Part shown: in pieces, positions 9,470 through 17,040 of the stretch
How the letters are laid out: the number at the start of each line of letters is the position of its first letter
Numbering within the stretch: position 1 is the first letter of the stretch
IMG/VR virus record: IMGVR_UViG_3300012940_000011
Span: 1-44,171 of that record
Origin: a virus
Lineage: Duplodnaviria; Caudoviricetes
Strand: one strand, 5' to 3'
Length of the DNA stretch: 44,171 nt
Notes under the pieces: generated by a model
What the model saw: only the letters and a program-made list of their open reading frames with translations
Database searches by the model: none
What the model was told of the DNA's origin: nothing
Made by a program: the position numbers and the translations under genes

Positions 9470-9659
9470 TCTTCGGCCGGCTGCGGAGCCCGCCTATCCC
9501 GTCGAAGCGCTCGAACCAGGAGAAGCCGGCGAAGCGGCCGAAAAGGCGTGGTGGAACGCCGTGCTGCTATGGGGCCGAGGGGAGCACGGCAAAGTGGTGC
9601 GTATATGCAATTGGGCCCGCGATCTCGGTTTCGAGACGCCGGCCGATTATTGCGATTAG
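9363..9659 (+). CDS. Rz1: Outer-membrane spanin lipoprotein
   Basis: Signal peptide MRSTLQRILIASALCAVAPSC with lipobox Cys; Pro-rich; overlaps Rz in another frame. Confidence 0.75.
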   Translation: MRSTLQRILIASALCAVAPSCTNRVETQRTFPPAADLRPAAEPAYPVEALEPGEAGEAAEKAWWNAVLLWGRGEHGKVVRICNWARDLGFETPADYCD

Positions 9660-9742
9660 CGCCGGCCGACACGCGCTCCGAGCCACACACCGACCAACGC
9701 GAGCACGCCGCCAATCGCGACGAAATAAAGCTGCTCGATCAT
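9656..9742 (-). CDS. 28-aa single-pass membrane peptide (not in ORF track)
   Basis: MIEQLYFVAIGGVLALVGVWLGARVGRR*; GGAGG RBS; ATGA overlap with the RuvC stop; fills the gap exactly. Confidence 0.65.
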   Translation of the reverse strand: MIEQLYFVAIGGVLALVGVWLGARVGRR

Positions 9743-10230
9743 ATGAATTTCCTCCCGTAGTGAGCGATCAAGGCCGCTTCGGCGCGGCCGTCATCCTTGA
9801 CCCTTGTAAGCGATGCTGCGGACGTTGGATAGAGCGTGCGGCACTTTTCCCGGCTGGCACCCTTCCCGCTGTTGAGCAAGCCTAGCTTGGCCTTCCACGT
9901 GCTCGGGGTGATGAAATGGACCGGGCAGCTTGTCGTCGCGGTCACGAGGCCATGCACGAAGCCGAGCGTCCGGCCGAACGTGAACATGGACGTAACACCT
10001 TGAGCCGGCCGCGCCGCGATATCTTCGATCACGACCATATCGGGCATCGCGAGATCGAGCGCCATGCACCACTCGCGGGCCCATTGCGACCACGCCGGCT
10101 TGTCCTTCTTCCTGAGCACGATTCGCGGCACGTCGAAGAATTCGACCGAGCCGTCCGGGTGAAGGATCGCGAGCGCCCCGGTCTTGCCCGGGTCAATGCC
10201 GGCGACGGTCATGTTAGAAAGGGCAGTCAT
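9739..10230 (-). CDS. ruvC: RuvC-like Holliday junction resolvase
   Basis: AGIDPGKTGA, VVIE, FTFG, P..WK, DGRAEAALIA motifs. Confidence 0.85.
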   Translation of the reverse strand: MTALSNMTVAGIDPGKTGALAILHPDGSVEFFDVPRIVLRKKDKPAWSQWAREWCMALDLAMPDMVVIEDIAARPAQGVTSMFTFGRTLGFVHGLVTATTSCPVHFITPSTWKAKLGLLNSGKGASREKCRTLYPTSAASLTRVKDDGRAEAALIAHYGRKFI

Positions 10231-10729
10231 CGAACACCTCGACTTTCGGCATGAAGGGCACCAGCCAGGCCGGCGGCGCGTGGAATGGGATATCGTCGGG
10301 CACCTCGCGCTCGGCCGGCCGGTATTCCTCTAGCCCAACGGCGACATAGACCCAATAGCGGCGTGTCTCGATATCCTGCAGCACGCGGCCGGGATTGGTC
10401 TTTATCATTTCCTGATTTTCCTCGCGCGTCATGCCGGCGAGATGCTGCACGCACAGCGTCGAAGGTCCGCAGGGGCAATTATGACCCACGGGCTTTCCGT
10501 CGATATCGAGCCCGTGGATATGGTGCGCTGCCCATCGGTGAGCAAACCAGCGCTGACCGGCATCCCAAAAGCTGCCATAGGGCGCGTTGTTCCCATGCCC
10601 GTGCGTCGTGCCGCCGATCCACATGACGCAGCCCGTGACGGGATCGAAAGCGCATTTTTCGGCAAAGCGCTGCAACGCAGTTTTCTTGCGTTGAGAGACA
10701 AACCCGCAATTTCCCTTCGGCGCCGCCAT
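10214..10729 (-). CDS. HNH/His-Cys-type endonuclease
   Basis: GCVMWIGG...YGSF...AHRWA...HNC....CVQHL....EN motifs. Confidence 0.75.
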   Translation of the reverse strand: MAAPKGNCGFVSQRKKTALQRFAEKCAFDPVTGCVMWIGGTTHGHGNNAPYGSFWDAGQRWFAHRWAAHHIHGLDIDGKPVGHNCPCGPSTLCVQHLAGMTREENQEMIKTNPGRVLQDIETRRYWVYVAVGLEEYRPAEREVPDDIPFHAPPAWLVPFMPKVEVFDDCPF

Positions 10730-12726
10730 TATTTGCGATACCGCAGCATTGTGTCCACTTCGGCCTTGACGCGGAATTTACGCTCGCGTGCCCACGGCTC
10801 GATATCCTCCATGATTTGCTTCACGGTTTGGATCAAGTCGGGGCGGTCGTATTCCTCGAAAACAAGCTCGTCGTGGACCTTGAAAATCGTGTTGAGCCCT
10901 GCGGCTTCGGCGCGCTTCATCGCCTCGGTCATGAGATCGCGAGCGCTGCCCTGGATGCAGTCTGCAGTGATCATCCCGTGCCACGCCAGATGCCGGCGGA
11001 ATTTCTTGCCCTGATAGCTCATGAACGTCCACGAAGGGCGCTCGTCGCCCTGCGGCGTGTAGCTGGTGGCCTTGCGCGGCCGATGATACCAGAGCTTGCG
11101 ACCGCTCGGGAGCCTCATTGTCAGGAAATCGCCTTCCTTGCGAAATTCGATCCCGACATAATCGTAGGTTTTCGCGTGATCGCACCAGACTGCATCCACG
11201 CTCGCCTGCCAAAGCCCATACCAGAATTTCGGCACCAGCGGGGCAACCTCTTTCCGGTAGGTGTTGATAGCAAGAATGGCTAGGTCGATGCTCTCTTTCG
11301 GAGCAAACCGCGCACGGAAGCCAACCGGGCCGAGACCATAGCCCGAGCCGAGGAATGTGTTTTTCCCAATTTGCCCTTCCTTGTGATCGCCGGGCAGCTT
11401 GCGATTGATCGGCCGCTTGTAAATCAGTGACGCGGTTTCGGAATACACGTCAAGGCCGGCGTGCATCTGGTCCACGCGGTCGTGCTGGCCGGCCATGGAA
11501 AGCAGGTTGCGAGCCTCCACGGCCGCAAAGTCGCCCGCGACGAGCACCTTGCCATCCTCGGGCACGATGCAGGAGCGCAGAGAGGAAATGATAGCCGAGA
11601 AAATATCGTCGCCCCAAATTTCCTTGATATGGTCCACGTCGCGCGTAAGGATCGCGTCGGCGAGAATATCGGCGGTGAGCCCCTGCCGGTCGCCAATCTC
11701 GCCTCGGGGGTAATTCTGCACCTGAATGAGCCGGCCGGCGTCACGGCCTGTCCGGGCGCCGTGGTATTGCGTCGCATAGCGCACGCGGCCGTCCATGCCG
11801 GCACAATCGAGCATCCGTTGCAGCTTCGCCACGCTCGACGACGCAAGCGAGCGCCGCAGGGTCAAGGCTTCGTGGACGTGGTAGGGCAGCGGCTCCGAGA
11901 AATCTTCGATCCCGAATTCGTCGTCCGGGTCCAAGATCGCGTCGAGCGTGGCTTTTCGCATGTCGCCAAGCGGCACACCCTGATCGTTCACCCAATTGAG
12001 CACTTTTTCCCGCTGTGTCGGTCGCAGGCCCGTCAATTCACGGAAGCGTTCGGTCATCGGCCCTTTCACCTGTTCGAGCACGTCTATACAGGCGTGGACG
12101 AATTCCGTGTCGATTTTAATCCCGCGCTGGTTGATACGCTGATCCAGGATCCAGGTATGCCGTTCCGAGGGCCCGAGCCCTTTTGTGGCGATGTAGGCGC
12201 CATACTGCGCGTTCACATCACCATCGCAATAGTCGTAGAGCCGTTGCAGGTTGAATTCGTTGTGCTGCGACCAGCCGCCGATACGATCCGGCTTGCACAT
12301 GATCAGCATGTGCCGGTGCCCGTCCATGTCTTTCTTCGCCGGCAATTCCAGCGCCGTCACCAGCGCGTCCAGCCCAAGCGGCAGCGCCTTCATCCCGGCA
12401 ACCGCCATCGTGTCGTGCCAGCGCTCCGGGGGCAATTCTGGATATCCCATCGGGACCATGTGGAATTTCCACATAGCTTGCTCGAAACCGGCATTATGAG
12501 CGATGAAAATAACCGTAGGATCGTTGCACAATTCCAGTAGCTCGGGATCGACCGCGTGAAGCTGCCTTTCGGTGAGAACGCGCGTCGGTGCCGGCTTGTT
12601 GTCGGTGACGACTTTCAAGGCCAGGCAGAGCGGAAACGTGCTCATGTCAGCAGCGTATTTCCACGCACCGATTTTTTGGAGATCGGCCCGGCTGGCGGTT
12701 TCAAAGTCGGCGACAACGTATCTCAT
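10729..12726 (-). CDS. polA: Family A DNA polymerase with 3'-5' exonuclease
   Basis: DFET, HNAGFE, YCDGD exo motifs; TGR, DFAAVEAR, KNTFLGSGYG, VHDE polymerase motifs. Confidence 0.95.
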   Translation of the reverse strand: MRYVVADFETASRADLQKIGAWKYAADMSTFPLCLALKVVTDNKPAPTRVLTERQLHAVDPELLELCNDPTVIFIAHNAGFEQAMWKFHMVPMGYPELPPERWHDTMAVAGMKALPLGLDALVTALELPAKKDMDGHRHMLIMCKPDRIGGWSQHNEFNLQRLYDYCDGDVNAQYGAYIATKGLGPSERHTWILDQRINQRGIKIDTEFVHACIDVLEQVKGPMTERFRELTGLRPTQREKVLNWVNDQGVPLGDMRKATLDAILDPDDEFGIEDFSEPLPYHVHEALTLRRSLASSSVAKLQRMLDCAGMDGRVRYATQYHGARTGRDAGRLIQVQNYPRGEIGDRQGLTADILADAILTRDVDHIKEIWGDDIFSAIISSLRSCIVPEDGKVLVAGDFAAVEARNLLSMAGQHDRVDQMHAGLDVYSETASLIYKRPINRKLPGDHKEGQIGKNTFLGSGYGLGPVGFRARFAPKESIDLAILAINTYRKEVAPLVPKFWYGLWQASVDAVWCDHAKTYDYVGIEFRKEGDFLTMRLPSGRKLWYHRPRKATSYTPQGDERPSWTFMSYQGKKFRRHLAWHGMITADCIQGSARDLMTEAMKRAEAAGLNTIFKVHDELVFEEYDRPDLIQTVKQIMEDIEPWARERKFRVKAEVDTMLRYRK

Positions 12727-13166
12727 CTCGGATAACTCACAAGCACGTCGCGCTGCTCATAGCGGCCGAACCGGACCTTGACGCCCATGTGGATTAACGT
12801 CCCGGAAATCCTCTGTGAGCTTGCGGCGTTCATATGGTCCAGCACGCGGGGATGAAAAAGCAATTCCGGTTCGGGGATATTATGCTGTTTGCAGAAAACC
12901 CCGATTTGCGCGATAGTCTTATTCCAGTCCCGCACGAAAGCGTCCCGTCGCTCGGCGCATTCCAAAAAGCCGATGCTGCCGTTTTCGTTCTGGTAGCCGT
13001 CGAGCGTGGACAGAAATTCTACAACCTCGTCGAGCAATTCCGCGTCGCTGCCGGTGGCTTCACTTTGCAGGCTCACGCCTTGCTGCGCTTCCACGGCTTC
13101 GTCGTGCAGTTTCTTCATACGATCCCGCGCACGTTCGACGGCGTAGCGATGATAAACCCATGTCAT
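12723..13166 (-). CDS. Hypothetical protein
   Basis: ATGA-coupled to both neighbours; GGAG RBS. Confidence 0.7.
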   Translation of the reverse strand: MTWVYHRYAVERARDRMKKLHDEAVEAQQGVSLQSEATGSDAELLDEVVEFLSTLDGYQNENGSIGFLECAERRDAFVRDWNKTIAQIGVFCKQHNIPEPELLFHPRVLDHMNAASSQRISGTLIHMGVKVRFGRYEQRDVLVSYPR

Positions 13167-13399
13167 AGATCATACTCCTGTTGCGGCCGCTCGGCCGAGA
13201 AATGGGCGTCTAGGAGCGGCTGGCACTTGGCGAGAGGTAGAGGCCCGATCCAGCCGTAAACGGCTTTGCCGGTGTGCCAGCGCCCGCCGTGCCATAGAGC
13301 GATTTCCGGCTGGCACCATTCGGCGATTTGCACGCTCTGACATTGCACGAAGACGACATAGCGCCCTTCGGCCTGCGGTTGGCCTACCGAGATTTCCAT
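13163..13399 (-). CDS. Small DUF551-like protein ending QEYDL
   Basis: MEISVGQP..GRY...W....GWIGPLP; paralogue of 18885-19091. Confidence 0.7.
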   Translation of the reverse strand: MEISVGQPQAEGRYVVFVQCQSVQIAEWCQPEIALWHGGRWHTGKAVYGWIGPLPLAKCQPLLDAHFSAERPQQEYDL

Positions 13400-13400
13400 G

Positions 13401-13856
13401 TCAGCCACCGATCTTCGGCCAATAATCGCCCACGGCCCGATCTTCGGCCAATAATCGCTCACCGAATTCCCCGGTTTCCGCCAAGGCCAGATACCGCACG
13501 GCGCGGTCGTGTTGCCGAGCACAATGCTGGATTTCCTTTTTCTTGCGGGCGATGAAGCTCTCTCGGGCAAGCTGGCGTGTCGGGTAGGCGTGGCGGCGAC
13601 CAAGGCCGGCCAGCACGAATTTCTTAAACCTCGCATCGCGATCCCATAGTGGGGCGATCCAGAAACCGGCCGGCGTGCGCTTCACCACGCGATATTCAAT
13701 AACCGAAATCGCAAGCACATCATCGGACATTCGGGCGTTTATTTCCCGGTAAAAATAATGGTTCTCGTGCTCTGCTCGCTCCCCACAATTTTTGCAAGTA
13801 TCAGGGGCCCCGAACACAAAAGCGTGTTGTGGCATTTCTTCGTTTTGCATGGTCAT
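13401..13856 (-). CDS. Hypothetical protein with N-terminal H..CxxC..H motif
   Basis: RBS GGGAGA; body contains VVKRTPAGFW...AYPT..A.ESF.ARK, common in small phage proteins. Confidence 0.65.
   Translation of the reverse strand: MTMQNEEMPQHAFVFGAPDTCKNCGERAEHENHYFYREINARMSDDVLAISVIEYRVVKRTPAGFWIAPLWDRDARFKKFVLAGLGRRHAYPTRQLARESFIARKKKEIQHCARQHDRAVRYLALAETGEFGERLLAEDRAVGDYWPKIGG
13408..13458. repeat. 22-bp direct repeat x2 (period 29)
   Basis: ccgatcttcggccaataatcgc at 13408-13429 and 13437-13458. Confidence 0.9.
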
Positions 13857-13887
13857 TCTCCCTGCGGCCGGCCTACCTGAATTTCCA

Positions 13888-14034
13888 TCACACGACCTTT
13901 CGTTGACGGCGGGCAATGCTGCTCTCACCGTCGCGGAAATACATGCCGCAGCGCCGACATTTGGCGGAAGGGGATTTCCCCTCGAATATCTGGTGGCGGT
14001 GCCATATGAGGCACCAAATCGCCTTGAGGCGCAT
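13888..14034 (-). CDS. 48-aa Cys/His peptide, DUF1660-like (not in ORF track)
   Basis: MRLKAIWCLIWHRHQIFEGKSPSAKCRRCGMYFRDGESSIARRQRKVV*; AGGAG RBS. Confidence 0.65.
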   Translation of the reverse strand: MRLKAIWCLIWHRHQIFEGKSPSAKCRRCGMYFRDGESSIARRQRKVV

Positions 14035-14047
14035 TGTCGTTCTCCTA

Positions 14048-14083
14048 TGGTTGGCAGACTTTTCCCGGTCTGCCAGCGGGGCG
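14048..14083 (-). repeat. 36-bp hairpin repeat copy 1
   Basis: 35/36 identical to 16136-16171; stem TGGCAGAC/GTCTGCCA. Confidence 0.9.
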
Positions 14084-14087
14084 GGGC

Positions 14088-14813
14088 TTAGAAAGCCGGC
14101 TCGTCGCCGCCAAGGTCTTCGGCGCTCGGAGCGTTCGCGGTCGGATCGTAATCGGAATATCCGGCGTAGCTGCCGAATACTTCGTTATTCCCTGGCCCGC
14201 CGGCACCTGCGATGCGTTCACCCTTACGGATAAACAGGCAGTTTTGCAGGTAAGCGGTGACGCCATCCTTCGCGTCCAGCGTCTTGCGGCGAAACGCCTT
14301 GAGGGCGATTGCCGGGACGACATAGGCGCCGGGATAGAACAGGTCTTTGCCCGCCTGCGCGCGTGCGTGCTCTTCGTTCGGGATATCGACGATCTTCCCC
14401 GCTTCGAGACGGGCAAGCTCAATGTCGTATTGCGACGACGCGGTGAGGATGCCGGCGTAGGGCTTGTAAAGCTCCGCGCGCTTCTCGGCTTTTTCCTTGA
14501 TCTTGAAAGCCTCGTCGGAGCCCTTGCCTTGGGCGTCCAATTCCGCCTTCTGGATCGCCCGCTTGCCGGCGGTCGCACCGCTCATGCACGCGAGATAGTA
14601 ATCGCCGGGATTGCCCGAAAACTGTCCAAGCTCGGCCTTGATCCCCTTCACCATGATTTCCACGATAGCGTCGAAATCTTCCTTCTCGATCCCGAAGGTA
14701 CCCGAGAATTTCGGTGTTGCGTTCTGCACGCCGCGCGGTGCCGATTTCGCCGTGATCGACGAGAAAAGCAGACGGGCGGGCTTGACGAGCGTGTAGCGGT
14801 ATGTCTCTGCCAT
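14088..14813 (-). CDS. ssb: Single-stranded DNA-binding protein (DUF2815/gp2.5-like)
   Basis: PKFSGT, FYPGAY, GVTAYLQN.LF...GERI motifs; acidic tail ending in F; follows DUF2800. Confidence 0.8.
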   Translation of the reverse strand: MAETYRYTLVKPARLLFSSITAKSAPRGVQNATPKFSGTFGIEKEDFDAIVEIMVKGIKAELGQFSGNPGDYYLACMSGATAGKRAIQKAELDAQGKGSDEAFKIKEKAEKRAELYKPYAGILTASSQYDIELARLEAGKIVDIPNEEHARAQAGKDLFYPGAYVVPAIALKAFRRKTLDAKDGVTAYLQNCLFIRKGERIAGAGGPGNNEVFGSYAGYSDYDPTANAPSAEDLGGDEPAF

Positions 14814-14887
14814 GGTTACTTCCTTTTGCCCCTTCGTTGGTATGTTTCCCGGCTGGCGCGGGGGCGAAGTGCCGGCCGGGAATTCCG

Positions 14888-16102
14888 TTAGAAGCCCAAA
14901 GCCTCGGGGCTCTGCGCGTGGCCTTCAAACACCGTCGCGTTGCCGCGCGGTTTCGCCTCGGGCCGAGGATCGGAAAGCGGCGCCACGGACAGGCCGGCAC
15001 TCTCGGGCTTGTAGCCCCATTCGAGCGCCATTTCCTTGCCACGGCTGGAAAGCTTTTCGATTTGCGCCGGGCTCTTCAACTCTTTAGGTTTGTAAGCCTG
15101 CGGCCCGAACGCTTCCAGCAGCGCGGCTTGAGCGCCCGGACGCCACACGCGGGCGACTTTCTTCTCCACGAGCTTTGCGCTCGGGATCTTGCCGCCGCCA
15201 ACGAGCCGTGCGTGGACGGTCGTTTCCAGTGCGTTCATGAACCTGCGGGCGTATTCCCGCTGCGAATAGTAGTGATCTAGCTCTTGATCGGTAAGCATGG
15301 TGATGAAATCCTCCGATGCGCTCGCGTATTCCTCGAACGCCCGTTGCATTTTCGGGCAGTCCAGGAGCACGGGGCAAAATTGGCAATGATCGCCGGGAAC
15401 GAAATCGCTTTCGTCCACGTCCTGCGTTGACATGAGCGAATTCATGCGCGGGAGCAATTCGTCGTGCCCCCAATCGAGAACGTGGCCGAGCGTGGTTTCC
15501 CACACGTCCGGCGCCTCAAACACGCCGTAGAAATTCGGCTGCACGATCCCGAGGGAAACGCGCATGTCTCGCGGCCCGGCGCGGAGCCACTTGTCATTCA
15601 TGACCATGAGGAAGGCGTAATAGAGAAGCTGCCGGTTGCCCGGCGCCGCGACGCCTACGCCTTCGCCATTCTTGTAATCTCGCAGGAAAATTCCATCGAG
15701 CGGCGACCAGAAACCGAAATCGACCGTGCCGCGCAGCAGCGGGTGGATTTCCGGCAAATGGATCGTGTCTTCAATCAGCAGGTTCCCTTGCTCTTTCCGA
15801 GCGGCGAGGATGCCGATGCACTCGTTGAAATAGATATGGGCTGCGTCCAGCGAAATGCCATCCGGCCAGCCGGCGACATAGCCGTTGAATTCCTCGCCGA
15901 GGAATTCGTAAGGTTCAAGGCCCATGGCGACCGATTTGGCGCATAGCTCGTGCGCGGCGGTGCCTCGCTTCGCCCATTCGGTTTCAATGTTCTCAAATTC
16001 GTCGTTCTCGATTTGCGAGCGCTGCACGAGGAACGAGCCTGCACACGTCATGAAGCGGTGTGCGGCGCTCCCGCCTAGCGGGGAATGTTCTAGCTCAATC
16101 AT
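14888..16102 (-). CDS. DUF2800 / Cas4-like PD-(D/E)xK exonuclease
   Basis: HSPLGGSAAHRF..C.GS, GTAAHE, GTVD, DYKNG, NRQL..YA, HCQFC....C. Confidence 0.85.
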   Translation of the reverse strand: MIELEHSPLGGSAAHRFMTCAGSFLVQRSQIENDEFENIETEWAKRGTAAHELCAKSVAMGLEPYEFLGEEFNGYVAGWPDGISLDAAHIYFNECIGILAARKEQGNLLIEDTIHLPEIHPLLRGTVDFGFWSPLDGIFLRDYKNGEGVGVAAPGNRQLLYYAFLMVMNDKWLRAGPRDMRVSLGIVQPNFYGVFEAPDVWETTLGHVLDWGHDELLPRMNSLMSTQDVDESDFVPGDHCQFCPVLLDCPKMQRAFEEYASASEDFITMLTDQELDHYYSQREYARRFMNALETTVHARLVGGGKIPSAKLVEKKVARVWRPGAQAALLEAFGPQAYKPKELKSPAQIEKLSSRGKEMALEWGYKPESAGLSVAPLSDPRPEAKPRGNATVFEGHAQSPEALGF

Positions 16103-16135
16103 CGTGAGCCCCTTTGCTGCTTCGTTGTTTCGTCG

Positions 16136-16171
16136 TGGTTGGCAGACTTTCCCCGGTCTGCCAGCGGGGCG
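16136..16171 (-). repeat. 36-bp hairpin repeat copy 2
   Basis: 35/36 identical to 14048-14083. Confidence 0.9.
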
Positions 16172-16177
16172 ACCCGT

Positions 16178-16247
16178 GCGGGGAGCGTCATGGGATTAGC
16201 GTTACCTCTCCCATGATTTTCTTGGTGATACCACTCACCATCCCCGC
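16178..16247 (-). ncRNA. Candidate three-way-junction structured RNA element
   Basis: Three perfect stems: GCGGGGA/TCCCCGC, TGGTGA/TCACCA, TCATGGGA/TCCCATGA. Confidence 0.5.
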
Positions 16248-16259
16248 CGAGCAACCGCA

Positions 16260-17039
16260 TTAACCAGCGAATTCAATCCCCGCCTTTTCCTCGACGGCCT
16301 TGGCGAAGGCTTCGCGCTGATCCTCGGGGATATTGCGGCTGTGCGCCACCTGGCCCTCGGGGATGAACCGCGCAATGATTTCCTTGACAGGCGAAGGATC
16401 GCCCATCTTCACCGCCGCCTGATTGCAGAGCGCGCCGAGATCGGCATCGGTCCACTTGCGCGCCGGCACACTGGCCTTCGCAGCAGCGTCTTCGGCGTCG
16501 CTCTTGGCGGCAGCGGCACGGAAGGCGGCGAATTCGTCGTCTTCGTCAGTCGTCGGCGCCTGGCTCGACGCAGCGCCCATCGTCGCAGAGGCGCCAGCAT
16601 CGGAAGCCGCACCACTCGCCGAGGTGCCAGTGGCAGCGCCGACCGGAAAACCCGGCTTCGGGTCCGGGCGGTTCACGCCCACCTTCATGCGCCAGAGGCC
16701 ATCCTTGGTTTTGCCCTTGGTCGAAGCGTGGAGATCGGCCGACCACGGCCAGCCGTGCGCGTCGATTTCATCAGAAGGGGATGCATCGCTCGTCGCAGTC
16801 AGGCCATTGCCATCCGACGCCTGATTTTCCGGCGCAGATGTTCCGGGACCAGCCGAAACGGGGGCGGTGCCCTGCTTCACACGTGCGGCGACGTTTCCCG
16901 ACACGGCCGCAGGCGACGGTGCGGCCGCAGCGACCGCGACGGATGATGCACCACCGAGAAGAGCATAGACGGCCGCAAGCTGTGCCGCGCTCGTAACCAC
17001 GATGCCAACGTGCATCGGGAAATGATTGCTGTCGTTCAC
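16260..17039 (-). CDS. Ala-rich replication-module protein with a GWPW..LHAS..KTKDGLWR domain
   Basis: GTG start with AGGAG RBS; usual position upstream of DUF2800. Confidence 0.75.
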   Translation of the reverse strand: MNDSNHFPMHVGIVVTSAAQLAAVYALLGGASSVAVAAAAPSPAAVSGNVAARVKQGTAPVSAGPGTSAPENQASDGNGLTATSDASPSDEIDAHGWPWSADLHASTKGKTKDGLWRMKVGVNRPDPKPGFPVGAATGTSASGAASDAGASATMGAASSQAPTTDEDDEFAAFRAAAAKSDAEDAAAKASVPARKWTDADLGALCNQAAVKMGDPSPVKEIIARFIPEGQVAHSRNIPEDQREAFAKAVEEKAGIEFAG

Positions 17040-17040
17040 T

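Noticed and set aside
13408-16171. CRISPR mini-array from the 22-bp or 36-bp repeats near the Cas4-like gene
   Set aside because: Only two copies each, with spacers of 7 bp and about 2 kb; DUF2800 is a normal phage replication nuclease.
16178-16247. Hammerhead ribozyme or tRNA
   Set aside because: No CUGANGA core, and no T-loop/anticodon cloverleaf; kept only as an unknown structured RNA.
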